A DNA stretch of 64,000 bases from a bacterium. Lineage in GTDB: Bacteria; Zhuqueibacterota; Zhuqueibacteria; Oceanimicrobiales; Oceanimicrobiaceae. The stretch lies in assembly GCA_046757165.1 (NCBI GenBank), contig JBHHXT010000001.1, positions 65,989 to 129,988 of the forward strand, written 5' to 3'. Numbering within the stretch: the stretch's first letter is position 1; every line of letters begins with the position of its first letter. The notes below the pieces were generated by a model that did no database searches, was not told where the DNA came from, and saw nothing but the letters and a program-made list of their open reading frames with translations. Made by a program: the position numbers and the translations under genes. Shown piece after piece: positions 45,899 through 56,906 of this stretch.

Positions 45899-48800
45899 TC
45901 AATGTTTTCCGTTTCCCTGGTCTAGCAATTCGACATCCAGTCCCAGACCCTGCAGCTCCCGAATCAAAACATTGAATGATTCAGGCAGTCCGGGCTCGGG
46001 TAAATTGTCGCCCTTGACGATGGCTTCATAAGCTTTGGATCGACCGCGGACATCATCTGATTTGACCGTGAGTATTTCCTGCAACGTATGGGCTGCACCA
46101 TACGCTTCCAGCGCCCAGACTTCCATTTCACCGAAACGTTGCCCGCCAAATTGCGCCTTGCCACCAAGAGGTTGTTGTGTGATCAAGGAGTATGGGCCAA
46201 TGGAACGCGCATGGATCTTGTCCTCGACCAGGTGGGATAGCTTCAAGATATAGATATAGCCGACCGTCACAGGATTGTCGATTTGTTCACCAGTACGGCC
46301 GTCATGCAGAATGGTTTTGCCCCCCTCAGGGAGCAAGGCTTTTTGCATCTCCGCCTTGATTTCATCATAACTGGCACCATCAAAAACAGGTGAGGCGTAG
46401 TTGGTTTTCAACACGTATGCTGCCCATCCGAGGTTTGCTTCGAATATTTGGCCAAGATTCATACGAGACGGGACGCCCAACGGATTCAGGACGATATCCA
46501 CTGGCGTACCGTCCGGCAAATACGGCATATCTTCAACCGGCACAATCTTGGAAACAACGCCCTTGTTCCCATGTCGCCCGGCCATCTTGTCGCCGACCAT
46601 CAGTTTTCGTTTCTTGGCAACGTAGACTTTCGCAAGCTGAACGATTCCCGGCGGCAACTCGTCCCCAACTTCAACCTTGAACTTGCGATTCTCAAAGTCC
46701 TCTTCCAGCTCACTCAGTTTTAATTGATAGCCAGACCAGACAGTGGCAACCTTCTCATTGACTTTGCTATCTGCACACAACCCTTCACTATAGTCGAGAC
46801 TGTCAAAGTCCAGTTGAGACAACTTGTCCACAGCCAGGACAGTGTTCGCTCGAAACAGGACCTTTCCCGTATTTTTGTCACGAATAGATTTGCTCATTTG
46901 GCCACTGAGGACGCTGACCAATTTTTGATTTCTCAACGCCTCGATTCGGACAAGTTCTGCCTGGTACCAGCTCTCGATCTCCTCGATCCGTTTTTTGTCT
47001 TGTTTTTTGGTCTTCGGATCCTTTTTCTTGCGCGTGAAGAGCTTGGTATCAATCACGACCCCTTTCATACCTGGTGGCGCCTTCAGCGAGGCATCCTTCA
47101 CATCGCCGGCCTTTTCTCCAAATATCGCCTTTAATAGCTTCTCCTCCGGCGTTGGGTCTGTTTCGCCCTTTGGCGTGACCTTGCCAACCAGAATATCGCC
47201 AGCTTGAACCTCGGCGCCTATGCGAACAATGCCATTCTCATCCAAATCTTTAGTCGTTTCTTCACTCACGTTGGGAATTTCACGCGTCACCTCTTCTTCG
47301 CCCCGCTTGGTGTCGCGCACCTGCAGCTCAAACTCTTCTATATGGATGGAGGTGTAGACGTCTTCCTGAACCACGCGCTCGGAGATGACGATCGCGTCCT
47401 CGAAATTGTACCCACGCCACGGCATGTAGGCCACCAGAACGTTACGACCCAGTGCAAGCTCACCGTTAGCGGTCGCGCACCCGTCTGCCACCACTTGACC
47501 TTTCTTCACTTTCTTTCCCTCGCGAACGATGGGACGTTGATTGATACAGGTGTCCTGATTCGTCCTGGAGAACTTTGTCAGGCGATAGGGAAAGTACTCG
47601 GCTTCATCGTAATCCATCAAGGCATCAGCAGAAAGCACATGACCAGATTTTGCCTTCTCCCGTTTCACGACAATCTCTTTCGCCGATACTTTGTGAACGA
47701 CCCCATCCATGTCGGAAACGACCATGGCACGCGAGTCCATAGCGACCTTGGCTTCCATTCCTGTTCCCACCAACGGGGCCTCTGTGCGAAGTAATGGCAC
47801 CCCCTGACGTTGCATGTTGGAGCCCATCAAGGCTCGGTTCGCATCATCATGCTCCAGAAACGGAATAAGGGCTGCCGCAGCAGAAACGATCTGGTTTGGA
47901 GAGACATCCATGTAGTGCAGTTCAGCCGGAGAAACAATAGGAAAATCACCTCTGAATCGCGACTTCACTTTGTCACGTAGAAACTGACCTTTCTCAGTGA
48001 TCGGAGCGTTCGCTTGCGCAATCACAAACTGATCTTCATCATCCGCGGAGAGATAGTCAATCTTCTTCTCGACTTTGCCCTTAATCACCTTGCGATAGGG
48101 CGTTTCAATAAATCCGAAATCATTAATGCGTGCAAACGTCGTGAGCGAGGAGATCAAACCGATGTTGGGACCTTCCGGTGTCTCGATCGGGCAGAGGCGG
48201 CCATAGTGAGTGTAGTGCACGTCACGCACTTCAAACCCAGCACGCTCTCTGGTCAACCCTCCGGGACCGAGCGCGGACAAGCGCCTCTTATGAGTCATCT
48301 CCGCCAACGGGTTGGTTTGATCCATGAACTGAGAAAGCTGACTGGTCCCAAAAAAGGTGTTGATGACCGAAAAAATGGTTCTCGCATTGACCAAATCTTG
48401 CGGCGTAAGGTTCTCATTGTCGCGCAAATTCATTCTTTCCTTGATGGTGCGAGCCATTCTTGACAGGCCGAGAGTCATCTGGGCCGACAATTGCTCTCCG
48501 ACTGTCTTGATTCGTCGATTGCCAAGATGGTCAATATCGTCGGAGCCCCGTTTTCCGGCTCTCAGCTCCAACAGATACTTGATGATGGCAACGATGTCAT
48601 CCTTGGTCAAGACGGTCTTCTCGATATCAACATCAAGGCCGAGCTTCTTATTGACGCGGTAGCGACCGACCTGACCTAGATCGTAGCGCTTCGGATTGAA
48701 AAACATCCGTTCAATCAGGCCACGCGCCGTCTCCAAATCCGGTGCTTCACCGGAACGGAGATGGCGATAGATCGCCTCCAGTGCATCCTGTTCCGACCTG

Positions 48801-49699
48801 GAGGTGTCTTTGCGCAACGTATTGCTGATAACCTCAGGACTCCAAGCACCCTGAGATTTCATGAGCAGAACAGTCTTGATGTCCGTCTCCTTGATGGCCG
48901 CGACCGCCTCTTCCGTGAGCTGGCTATTTTTTTCAACCAACAACTCCCCGGTTTCTTTGTTGATAACATCATCGATCGAGAGCTGGCCGACGGCCTTGGC
49001 AAAGTCCTTGCTCTTGACGGATACCTCTTCTGCCAGATCGAAAAGATCGAGCAACTCTTTGTCACTCGAGTACCCCAGCGCCCGCAAAAGCGTTGTGACC
49101 GGGAACTTCTTTCGGCGGTCGATATAGACGTAGAGAACATCATTGATATCTGTGGTGAACTCTACCCACGACCCTCTCAGAGGAATGATCCTGGCAGAAA
49201 AAATTTTCGTTCCATTAGGATGGAGCATCTCGTCGAAGAAAACGCCTGGTGAGCGGTGCAATTGGCTAACGACAATCCGCTCCGCACCATTGATAATGAA
49301 GGTACCGCGGTTTGTCATGTATGGGATGTTGCCCAGGTAGACAACCTGCTCAATCGTATCCACGAACTCTTTGCTGTCCCCGTATTCATCTTTGACCGAC
49401 AGTTTCAGCTTGGCCTTCAGAGGCACAGAGTAGGTGACCCCGCGTTCCTGACACTCCACCATATCATATTTGGGTTTTTCCACATAGTAATCAACAAACT
49501 CGAGACAAAAATTTTCTCGACTGTCGATGATGGGAAAAACGTTGCGAAACACCGCGTGTAACCCTTTATCCTTGCGTTCCTCTGGCCTGACATCATCCTG
49601 CAAGAACTCACGATAGGATTTCAACTGGATATCCAGCAGGTCGGGTAAATCAATAACCTGCCGCAATTTGGAAAAGGACACTCTGCCATTCATTTGCAT
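45899..49699 (-). CDS. rpoB: RNA polymerase beta subunit
   Basis: [40 protein letters not shown] 49699 preferred (GAGGTG SD), GTG 49711 alternative. Confidence 0.99.
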   Translation of the reverse strand: MQMNGRVSFSKLRQVIDLPDLLDIQLKSYREFLQDDVRPEERKDKGLHAVFRNVFPIIDSRENFCLEFVDYYVEKPKYDMVECQERGVTYSVPLKAKLKLSVKDEYGDSKEFVDTIEQVVYLGNIPYMTNRGTFIINGAERIVVSQLHRSPGVFFDEMLHPNGTKIFSARIIPLRGSWVEFTTDINDVLYVYIDRRKKFPVTTLLRALGYSSDKELLDLFDLAEEVSVKSKDFAKAVGQLSIDDVINKETGELLVEKNSQLTEEAVAAIKETDIKTVLLMKSQGAWSPEVISNTLRKDTSRSEQDALEAIYRHLRSGEAPDLETARGLIERMFFNPKRYDLGQVGRYRVNKKLGLDVDIEKTVLTKDDIVAIIKYLLELRAGKRGSDDIDHLGNRRIKTVGEQLSAQMTLGLSRMARTIKERMNLRDNENLTPQDLVNARTIFSVINTFFGTSQLSQFMDQTNPLAEMTHKRRLSALGPGGLTRERAGFEVRDVHYTHYGRLCPIETPEGPNIGLISSLTTFARINDFGFIETPYRKVIKGKVEKKIDYLSADDEDQFVIAQANAPITEKGQFLRDKVKSRFRGDFPIVSPAELHYMDVSPNQIVSAAAALIPFLEHDDANRALMGSNMQRQGVPLLRTEAPLVGTGMEAKVAMDSRAMVVSDMDGVVHKVSAKEIVVKREKAKSGHVLSADALMDYDEAEYFPYRLTKFSRTNQDTCINQRPIVREGKKVKKGQVVADGCATANGELALGRNVLVAYMPWRGYNFEDAIVISERVVQEDVYTSIHIEEFELQVRDTKRGEEEVTREIPNVSEETTKDLDENGIVRIGAEVQAGDILVGKVTPKGETDPTPEEKLLKAIFGEKAGDVKDASLKAPPGMKGVVIDTKLFTRKKKDPKTKKQDKKRIEEIESWYQAELVRIEALRNQKLVSVLSGQMSKSIRDKNTGKVLFRANTVLAVDKLSQLDFDSLDYSEGLCADSKVNEKVATVWSGYQLKLSELEEDFENRKFKVEVGDELPPGIVQLAKVYVAKKRKLMVGDKMAGRHGNKGVVSKIVPVEDMPYLPDGTPVDIVLNPLGVPSRMNLGQIFEANLGWAAYVLKTNYASPVFDGASYDEIKAEMQKALLPEGGKTILHDGRTGEQIDNPVTVGYIYILKLSHLVEDKIHARSIGPYSLITQQPLGGKAQFGGQRFGEMEVWALEAYGAAHTLQEILTVKSDDVRGRSKAYEAIVKGDNLPEPGLPESFNVLIRELQGLGLDVELLDQGNGKH

Positions 49700-49739
49700 G
49701 TGGAACAGCACCTCGATTGTTTAGTTTCGAAAGGAAACG

Positions 49740-50198
49740 TTATTTGACTTCGACCGTGGCCCCCACCTCTTCCAACTGTTTCTTGATGTCTGCGGCTTCA
49801 TCTTTGCTGATGCCCTCTTTCACGGGCTTGGGAGCCGAATCCACCAGATCTTTGGCTTCCTTCAACCCCAGGCTGGTGATGGCACGCACAACTTTGATCA
49901 CCTGAATCTTCTTCTCACCGACGACCGTAAGAACAACATCGAATTCGGTTTGTTCTTCTGCGGCTTCAGCCGGTGCACCGCCAGCAGGGACAGCGCCGAC
50001 GGCCGCCACGGCAACCGGGGGTTGCGCGGTTACGCCGAACCGATCTTCAATTGCTTTGACCAATTCTGACAATTGAAGAACCGTCATTTTTTCGATGGTC
50101 GACAACAAAGAATCGATGGAACCATTGCTTTTCGATTTTGAGGGTTTCTTTTCTGCTGGTTTTTCTGTCACTGCCGCAGCTTGTTTCGCTTCTGCCAT
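49740..50198 (-). CDS. rplL: 50S ribosomal protein L7/L12 with N-terminal extension
   Basis: [29 protein letters not shown]. Confidence 0.98.
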   Translation of the reverse strand: MAEAKQAAAVTEKPAEKKPSKSKSNGSIDSLLSTIEKMTVLQLSELVKAIEDRFGVTAQPPVAVAAVGAVPAGGAPAEAAEEQTEFDVVLTVVGEKKIQVIKVVRAITSLGLKEAKDLVDSAPKPVKEGISKDEAADIKKQLEEVGATVEVK

Positions 50199-50240
50199 TA
50201 TGACCTCCAGATGAAAGGATATGAATAATTACATACTGAA

Positions 50241-50765
50241 CTAATTTGCACTTTCTTTTTGCTCTTTTACAGCCTGCAGAGCATAAACCAATTTACTGAT
50301 CACGCCGTTGAGTGAATAGACCAGCTTAGAAAGGGGCGCCTGTAACACACCCGAGAGTTGGGCAAGAATCTCGCTCCGCGAAGGTAACGTGGCAATCTCA
50401 TTAAGTCGATCTTCACCAAACAAGACCCCTTCAAAAAGACAGGCTCTGACTTTGAGTTTGTCATTCTTTCTTGAATACTCTCTGATCACCTTTGCAGGCG
50501 CAGTCGGATCATCCATCCCGAACGCCATCGCTGTCGGACCTTCAAGATATTCCAGAATCTGTTCGCACCCGGCCGATTTTGCCGAAAGACGCGCCAGGGT
50601 ATTCTTCACGACTCGATACTCTACCTTGGCACCGGCGAACGCCCGCCGCAATTCGTTGATCTCCTGAACATTCAAACCCCTGTAATCGGTCAAAAAGACA
50701 CTTTTCGCTTGCGACAACTGTTCCGCAACTTCTGCAACAGCCGCTTCTTTTTCAGCAGTTGGCAT
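50241..50765 (-). CDS. rplJ: 50S ribosomal protein L10
   Basis: DYRGLNV, VVKNTLA, LEGPTA, LPSR. Confidence 0.98.
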   Translation of the reverse strand: MPTAEKEAAVAEVAEQLSQAKSVFLTDYRGLNVQEINELRRAFAGAKVEYRVVKNTLARLSAKSAGCEQILEYLEGPTAMAFGMDDPTAPAKVIREYSRKNDKLKVRACLFEGVLFGEDRLNEIATLPSRSEILAQLSGVLQAPLSKLVYSLNGVISKLVYALQAVKEQKESAN

Positions 50766-50806
50766 TCTCGTTCCTATGGTTTGTTTCGTTAGTTGACCCT
50801 ATCCAA

Positions 50807-51508
50807 TTATCGCAGCTCGCTCAAAATGGTCGCCCGGTCCAACTTAATCCCAGGCCCCATCGTATTGGAAAGAACCACGCCCTTGACATATTGCCCTTTG
50901 GCAGCCGATGGCTTCAGTTTCAGCACGGTCTCGATAAACGCGAGCACATTGTCCTTAATCTTCTGACCTTCAAATGATACCTTTCCCACCGCGACATGCA
51001 AAATCCCGTACTTATCAACTCTGAATTCGATCTTTCCGGCTCTTAATTCCTCAACCGCCTTCCCAACCTCCATGGTCACGGTCCCACTCTTGGGGTTTGG
51101 CATCAGACCTCTCGGTCCCAATATGCGACCTAGTTTGCCGACTGCCGCCATCACATCTGGGGTCGCAACGATGACATCAAAATCAAACCACCCGTCCTGT
51201 ATCTTCTTGATGTATTCATCAAAACCCACGTAGTCGGCCCCTTTCTCCTTCGCCTCGCTCTCTTTCTCGCCCTTGGTGAGCACCAGAACCCGAACATCTT
51301 TGCCGGTGCCATGAGGAAGAGAAACGGTCCCTCGCACGACCTGATCTGCGTGTCTCGGATCGACACCAAGGTTCACCGAAACTTCAACCGATTCATCGAA
51401 TTTTGCGCTCGCTGTTTGTTTGATCAGCTCGACGGCCTCATCTAACGAATAGTCTTTGCCCGCCTGGACAAGCGATGCCGTTTTCTTATACCTTTTACCC
51501 TTTTTCAT
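50807..51508 (-). CDS. rplA: 50S ribosomal protein L1
   Basis: [27 protein letters not shown]. Confidence 0.99.
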   Translation of the reverse strand: MKKGKRYKKTASLVQAGKDYSLDEAVELIKQTASAKFDESVEVSVNLGVDPRHADQVVRGTVSLPHGTGKDVRVLVLTKGEKESEAKEKGADYVGFDEYIKKIQDGWFDFDVIVATPDVMAAVGKLGRILGPRGLMPNPKSGTVTMEVGKAVEELRAGKIEFRVDKYGILHVAVGKVSFEGQKIKDNVLAFIETVLKLKPSAAKGQYVKGVVLSNTMGPGIKLDRATILSELR

Positions 51509-51529
51509 ATCCTTCCCACGAGATTTGAG

Positions 51530-51952
51530 TTATTCAACCAACAAGCCCATACTTCTGGCCGTCCCTTCAACCATGCGCATGGCCGCTTCGATATCATTGG
51601 CGTTGAGGTCCTGCATCTTTGCTTCGGCAATTTCTTTGACCTGGTCTTTGCTCACCGTGCCAACCTTCTCCCGATTGGGCTCGCCGGAACCTTTCTCCAC
51701 ACCGGCTGCTTTCTTGAGCAGCACCGCCGCTGGCGGCGACTTTGTTTCGAATGTAAAGGAACGGTCGGCATAGACAGAAATAACGACCGGAATAATCAAC
51801 CCTTGCTTGTCCTGAGTCCTGGCATTGAACGCTTTGCAGAACTCCATGATGTTCACGCCAGCCTGACCGAGAGCCGGCCCCACAGGCGGAGAAGGATTTG
51901 CAGCGCCAGCAGGAATCTGCAACTTAATCGTAGAAATGACTTTCTTGGCCAT
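51530..51952 (-). CDS. rplK: 50S ribosomal protein L11
   Basis: [27 protein letters not shown]. Confidence 0.99.
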   Translation of the reverse strand: MAKKVISTIKLQIPAGAANPSPPVGPALGQAGVNIMEFCKAFNARTQDKQGLIIPVVISVYADRSFTFETKSPPAAVLLKKAAGVEKGSGEPNREKVGTVSKDQVKEIAEAKMQDLNANDIEAAMRMVEGTARSMGLLVE

Positions 51953-51974
51953 TACAGGTAGGTTCTCCTTTCAT

Positions 51975-52517
51975 CTACTTTTCCAATTCGACCTGCAAAA
52001 AATCCAACTCAACGGGGGTGGACCTGCCAAAGATACTGACCATGACTTTTACCTTCTTTTTCTCCCGATTCACCTCTTCCACAAAGCCGGTGAAATCGGT
52101 GAACGGCCCGTCGGTCACTTTGATCGGGTCTCCCTCGCGGAAGGGCACATCCAGGACCTCTCGGTTGGCACTTTCTTGCACGCGACCCAGAATGCGGTCG
52201 ATCTCCTCAGGTCGCAGCGGCTGCGGGGTATTTCTGGGGCCGACAAAATTGGTCACCCCCGGTGTGTTCAGGACGAGATACTGCGTCTCCTTGTCAAGAA
52301 CCATCTCGACGAGCATGTACCCGGGAAAAAAAACTCTGTTCTTCGTGCGTCGCTTGCCCTCTCTCATCTCGGTGACATCTTCGGACGGAATGAGGACTTG
52401 CGCGATGCGTTCTTCCCAGCCGGCATGCTCTACCTCGTTTTCGAGATAGGCCTTGACTTTTTTTTCATGTCCCGAAAGAACATGAATGGCATACCACTTT
52501 TTTTCTTGCTCGCTCAA
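51975..52517 (-). CDS. nusG: Transcription termination/antitermination factor NusG
   Basis: KWYAIHVLSGHE, FPGYMLV, DGPF, IFGRSTPVEL; TTG start after AGGAG. Confidence 0.98.
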   Translation of the reverse strand: MSEQEKKWYAIHVLSGHEKKVKAYLENEVEHAGWEERIAQVLIPSEDVTEMREGKRRTKNRVFFPGYMLVEMVLDKETQYLVLNTPGVTNFVGPRNTPQPLRPEEIDRILGRVQESANREVLDVPFREGDPIKVTDGPFTDFTGFVEEVNREKKKVKVMVSIFGRSTPVELDFLQVELEK

Positions 52518-52525
52518 ACCAGCTC

Positions 52526-52714
52526 CTAAAAGATCAACCTCAGCGCCTCCTGGAGGAGCCAATCTGAAAAGAATACAAAAACCACTGAAATCAAAGAGAG
52601 AATCACAACCACGATCGTGGAACTCTTCAACTCTTCATAGCTAGGCCAACTAACCTTAGACATCTCCTGGTTAACGTCTGCAAAAAACTTTGCAGGTCTT
52701 TCAACTAATTTCAT
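52526..52714 (-). CDS. secE: Preprotein translocase SecE
   Basis: EMSKVSWP followed by one TM helix; upstream of nusG. Confidence 0.95.
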   Translation of the reverse strand: MKLVERPAKFFADVNQEMSKVSWPSYEELKSSTIVVVILSLISVVFVFFSDWLLQEALRLIF

Positions 52715-52758
52715 GGCGCCTTCAAAGTTGGGAAAAAATTGATGAAAAAATCATATTG

Positions 52759-52831
52759 CAGGTGAGGCAGGAATTGAACCCGCAACCTCTGGTTTTGGAG
52801 ACCAGTGCTCTGCCAGTTGAGCTACTCACCT
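52759..52831 (-). tRNA. tRNA-Trp (CCA)
   Basis: Cloverleaf AGGTGAG..CTCACCT, anticodon loop CTCCAAA, GGTTCAATTCC. Confidence 0.96.
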
Positions 52832-52844
52832 TTATCGGGTACTG

Positions 52845-52994
52845 CTACCTGGTTTCCTTATGTGCCGTGTGTTTGTTGCACGTTGGGCAATACTTTTTAT
52901 ACACAACGCGGCCAGAGTGATTCGTCTTGTTCTTGTCGGTGGTGTAATTACGATTCCTGCATTCAGGGCATTCCAAGATAACCAAAACGCGCAT
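52845..52994 (-). CDS. rpmG: 50S ribosomal protein L33, Zn-binding (not in ORF track)
   Basis: Manual translation [49 protein letters not shown]. Confidence 0.96.
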   Translation of the reverse strand: MRVLVILECPECRNRNYTTDKNKTNHSGRVVYKKYCPTCNKHTAHKETR

Positions 52995-53038
52995 GCTGCC
53001 AGATTGCTCCTTCCCAAATTTTCATAGATAAGCCACAG

Positions 53039-53111
<73 letters not shown>

Positions 53112-53124
53112 GCGCAAGTCGATG

Positions 53125-53197
53125 AGCGGGAGACGGGATTCGAACCCGCGACCAACAGCTTGGAAGGCTGTGACTCTGCCATCTGAGTTACTCCCGC
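53125..53197 (-). tRNA. tRNA-Gly (TCC)
   Basis: GCGGGAG..CTCCCGC acceptor stem, anticodon loop CTTCCAA. Confidence 0.96.
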
Positions 53198-53237
53198 TTA
53201 AAAAAACATGACATCCAGTCACAACTAGATGCCATCG

Positions 53238-53319
53238 TGGAGAGGGGAGGATTCGAACCTCCGAAGGCTGCGCCGACAGATTTACAGTCTGTTCCCTTTG
53301 GCCACTCGGGTACCTCTCC
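53238..53319 (-). tRNA. tRNA-Tyr (GTA)
   Basis: GGAGAGG..CCTCTCC, anticodon loop CTGTAAA, long variable arm. Confidence 0.96.
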
Positions 53320-53331
53320 GGGATAAAAAAA

Positions 53332-53404
53332 AGCCACCAGCAGGAATCGAACCCGCGACGTCCTCATTACAAGTGAGGTGCTCTACCAGCTGAGCTATGG
53401 TGGC
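53332..53404 (-). tRNA. tRNA-Thr (TGT)
   Basis: GCCACCA..TGGTGGC, anticodon loop CTTGTAA. Confidence 0.96.
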
Positions 53405-53469
53405 ATAAAACCCGAAAAATCAGGCGCTTAGTACATGAACAGATGATAGCCCGCATAAAATACAGCCTT

Positions 53470-53499
53470 ATAATATATAAAAAAAAATGCAATTGTCAA
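53470..53499 (-). promoter_or_regulatory. sigma70-type promoter for tRNA-rpmG-secE-nusG-rpl-rpoBC operon
   Basis: Minus strand TTGACA then TATATT (16-nt spacer) or TATTAT (18-nt spacer), AT-rich. Confidence 0.7.
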
Positions 53500-53523
53500 G
53501 CATTTTTTAAGGTCTTTCAACAG

Positions 53524-54969
53524 TCATGGCATGCGCCATTCGGTCGTCGTGGCTTTGTCCTCCAAGATGATGCCCTTGTCCTTGAGCTGGTCGCGAATCT
53601 TGTCGGCGAGATCCCATGCTTTCCGAGCACGAAGATCGCTTCTGACTTCGATCAGCAGCTCCACCAGCTCGCCTACCAGGTCTGTCTGCAGCAGTTTGCC
53701 CCTCGGGTCAATTACACCCAGGAAGGAGTTGATGGCATCGATGTCATCTTTTATTTTTCTCAGCAGCGCCTGGTCGCTTTGTGTGATTTGGGTTCGTGAC
53801 AGAAGTTTATTGGTCTCACGCACCATGTCAAAGAGCCTGGCCACAGCCACCGGTGTGTTGAGATCGTCTCCCATCGCCTCGACCAACTCGGCCTTCAAGG
53901 CCTCGACTGATTCAAGCACGGCCGTGGCCGGCTGCTGCTCTGCACTGTCCGCCGGGGCTCGGGAAACAGGCTCAACAGAAAGCTTGTCGGTGAGCTTGTC
54001 ATAGAAAATCTTGAGCCGGGAGGCCGCCTGGGTCGCAGATTGCAGTCCATCCTCCGTCAGATCGAAAGGGCTGCGATAATGCTTTTGCAGGAAAAACAGC
54101 CTGATTTCAACGCCGGAGTAGTGCTTTAGAATGTCTCTCACCGTGCGAAAGTTCCCTAAAGATTTTGACATCTTATCGCCATCTAGTTGCAGGAAACCAT
54201 TATGGAGCCAGTATCTGACAAACGTCTCGTTCGTGGCGCCCTCGCTCTGTGCGATTTCATTCTCATGATGTGGAAAAATCAGGTCGATGCCGCCGGCATG
54301 GATATCAAAACTCTCTCCCAGGTATTTCATCGACATGGCCGAGCACTCGATGTGCCAGCCAGGACGTCCGGGGCCCCAGGGACTCTCCCAGGCAGGCTCT
54401 CCTGGCTTTTGCGCCTTCCACAGCACGAAATCGAGCGGATTCCGCTTTTTGTCATCGACCGAGATGCGCGCGCCGACCCTTAGCTCCTCCAGTTTTTTTC
54501 CAGAAAGTTTGCCGTAACCGGCGAATTTGCTGACATCAAAAAAAACGTCACCAGCGGATTCATAGGCCATGCTCTTCTCAACGAGCTTCTGAATGAGAGA
54601 AATGATCATATCCACATGTTCAGTAGCCCGAGGGTAGACGTCGGCGGGTTTCATACCAAGCTGTTCCAAATCCTGAAAAAAAGCTTGACTGAACTTTCGG
54701 GTGATGACGTCGACCTCAACATTTTTCTGCCGTGCTCGCTCGATAATCTTGTCGTCGATATCCGTCAGATTCATGACATAAGTGACATCATAGTCGAGGA
54801 ATTCCAGAAACCGGCGCAGAACGTCAAAGACGGTAAAAGCCCGCCCATTGCCAATGTGGATATAGTCATAGACCGTCGGACCACAGACGTAGAACTTAAC
54901 CTTACCGTCCTCTAATGGGACAAACTGCTCTTTTCGGCGGGTCATGGTGTTGAATAGTTTTACTGACAT
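53524..54969 (-). CDS. cysS: Cysteine--tRNA ligase
   Basis: CGPTVY..HIGN, GRPGWHIECSAM, KMSKSLGN. Confidence 0.99.
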   Translation of the reverse strand: MSVKLFNTMTRRKEQFVPLEDGKVKFYVCGPTVYDYIHIGNGRAFTVFDVLRRFLEFLDYDVTYVMNLTDIDDKIIERARQKNVEVDVITRKFSQAFFQDLEQLGMKPADVYPRATEHVDMIISLIQKLVEKSMAYESAGDVFFDVSKFAGYGKLSGKKLEELRVGARISVDDKKRNPLDFVLWKAQKPGEPAWESPWGPGRPGWHIECSAMSMKYLGESFDIHAGGIDLIFPHHENEIAQSEGATNETFVRYWLHNGFLQLDGDKMSKSLGNFRTVRDILKHYSGVEIRLFFLQKHYRSPFDLTEDGLQSATQAASRLKIFYDKLTDKLSVEPVSRAPADSAEQQPATAVLESVEALKAELVEAMGDDLNTPVAVARLFDMVRETNKLLSRTQITQSDQALLRKIKDDIDAINSFLGVIDPRGKLLQTDLVGELVELLIEVRSDLRARKAWDLADKIRDQLKDKGIILEDKATTTEWRMP

Positions 54970-54984
54970 CTCCGGGCCTTTTTG

Positions 54985-56421
54985 TTAATCCAACCTGTTC
55001 TTGACGAAACGCACGACTTTCTCCTTGCCCAGAATTTCAGCAATTTTGCCGAGGTCCGGACCGTGGCTCTTACCGGTGAGCGCGACGCGAATGGGCATCC
55101 ACAGCTCCTTGCCCATGATGCCCGTTTCTTGCTGTACCTCTTTCATAATCACACGAAAAGCGGCTGCATCCAAATCATCGTGGTCTGCCAGGTGCCGCAG
55201 AAAAGCCCAGTAGATTTTTTGCGACGAATCTCTGGACACAATCGCAATGGCTTCGCCGTCGGTCGGTTGCATGAGATTCTGATAGAATGTCCGAGCCAGT
55301 TGCGGCAATTGGCTGAGATATTCGACTCCCGGTTGTAGCACGGACAACACCCGCGTTAGCTGCTCGTCATCTGAGACACCCACATCGCTTTGCAACAGAA
55401 ATGGAGCCCCTAGCTTTCGAAAGTCATCAAACGATAATTTGCGGATGTATTGGCCGTTCATCCAGTTGAGTTTGGAGGTGTCAAACGCTGCCGGGGCCTG
55501 AGACATGCGGCTAAAATCACATTCCTCAATCAGCTCCTCGATCGAAAGAATCTCAACGCCGGATTCGGACGACCAGCTCAACAAGCTCAGGAAGTTGATG
55601 AGGGCTTGCGGCAGGTACCCCTTCCGCCGGAATTCTTCAAGTGAGGTGGCGCCATGCCGCTTGGAGAGTCGCGTCCGGTCCGGACCTGAGATCATCGGAA
55701 TGTGGGCAAATTGCGGCAGCGGGAAACCGAGCGCGTCGAGCAGCAAGATCTGCTTCGGTGTGTTGGAGACGTGGTCGTCGCCCCGAATGACATGGGTGAT
55801 TTGCATCAGCGCATCGTCGACGGCCGAGGCAAAGTTGTAGGTCGGAAGCCCATTTGAGCGCATAACCACAAAGTCACCGACACGCTCCCCCTCAAACGAG
55901 ATACCCCCTTTTACCAAATCATGCCACTCGATGACCCCATGTTCGACATTGAAGAGCCAGAGGGGCTGTCCTCCCTCGCGTTCAACTCGCCGCCGCTCAT
56001 CATCCGAGGGCTCAAGATCCTTCCTATTATAAGGGACGATATCCCCACGCGCAAGAGCAGCCTCTCTGATATGGTGCAGCTCTTCCTCAGATTTATAGCA
56101 TGGGTAGACTTTGCCCGATTCCTTCAACTTTGCGAGATAGGTCTGATAAATCGACTGCCTTTCAGACTGCCGGTACGGTGCAAAGGGTCCGCCCGCAGCC
56201 GGGCTTTCGTGAAAGGTCACCCCCAGCCATTCGAGGTGGTCAAGAAGAACTTGTTCGTATTCTGGCTTCGACCGTTCCTTGTCGGTATCCTCGACGCGCA
56301 ACACCAGCGTACCATGGTGTTTTCTGGCAAAAAGCCAGTTCAAGACCGCCGTGCGTGCATTTCCAATGTGCAGGTGCCCCGTAGGACTGGGGGCAAATCG
56401 CACTCTAACGGGTGACTTCAT
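54985..56421 (-). CDS. gltX: Glutamate--tRNA ligase
   Basis: RFAPSPTGHLHIGN, RGDDH..NTPKQ, LSKRHGA, C-terminal anticodon-binding domain. Confidence 0.96.
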   Translation of the reverse strand: MKSPVRVRFAPSPTGHLHIGNARTAVLNWLFARKHHGTLVLRVEDTDKERSKPEYEQVLLDHLEWLGVTFHESPAAGGPFAPYRQSERQSIYQTYLAKLKESGKVYPCYKSEEELHHIREAALARGDIVPYNRKDLEPSDDERRRVEREGGQPLWLFNVEHGVIEWHDLVKGGISFEGERVGDFVVMRSNGLPTYNFASAVDDALMQITHVIRGDDHVSNTPKQILLLDALGFPLPQFAHIPMISGPDRTRLSKRHGATSLEEFRRKGYLPQALINFLSLLSWSSESGVEILSIEELIEECDFSRMSQAPAAFDTSKLNWMNGQYIRKLSFDDFRKLGAPFLLQSDVGVSDDEQLTRVLSVLQPGVEYLSQLPQLARTFYQNLMQPTDGEAIAIVSRDSSQKIYWAFLRHLADHDDLDAAAFRVIMKEVQQETGIMGKELWMPIRVALTGKSHGPDLGKIAEILGKEKVVRFVKNRLD

Positions 56422-56906
56422 TTGTCGGTTTTCGCCTTTTCCTTCACCAAAACGCAGGCATAAGCGGCCAGCCCCTGCCCTTGTCCCACAGGTCCCAGGC
56501 GCTCGTTGGTTGTCGCCTTGACAGACACTTGTGAATCCAGAATCGACAGGGCTTCTGCGATGTTTCTTTGCATCTTCTCGATATACGGAGCAAGCTTTGG
56601 CTCCTCCAAAACCACCGTTGCATCAATGTTGCTGACGCAATACTGGTGCTCATCAAGCATCTTGCCAACTTGTTCGAGGAGCCGCAAACTGGAGATTCCA
56701 GCAAATCGTTCATCGGTGTCCGGAAAATGGCGGCCGATGTCTCCCAGAACGAGACTGCCTAGCAGGGCATCGATCACGGCATGAGTGAGGGCATCTGCGT
56801 CAGAATGCCCGAGCAGGCCCCTTTGTGAGGGAATCTCTACCCCGCCCAGAATCATCTTACGATGAGGAACCAGTTGGTGGACGTCATATCCGAATCCTAC
56901 TCTCAT
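56418..56906 (-). CDS. ispF: 2-C-methyl-D-erythritol 2,4-cyclodiphosphate synthase
   Basis: GFGYDVH, GHSDAD, GDIGRHFPD, VKATTNE. Confidence 0.98.
   Translation of the reverse strand: MRVGFGYDVHQLVPHRKMILGGVEIPSQRGLLGHSDADALTHAVIDALLGSLVLGDIGRHFPDTDERFAGISSLRLLEQVGKMLDEHQYCVSNIDATVVLEEPKLAPYIEKMQRNIAEALSILDSQVSVKATTNERLGPVGQGQGLAAYACVLVKEKAKTDK

Noticed and set aside
41107..48350. Antibiotic-resistance alleles in rpsL or the rpoB rifampicin cluster
   Set aside because: PKKPNS, RVKDLP and [22 protein letters not shown] carry the usual sensitive-type residues.
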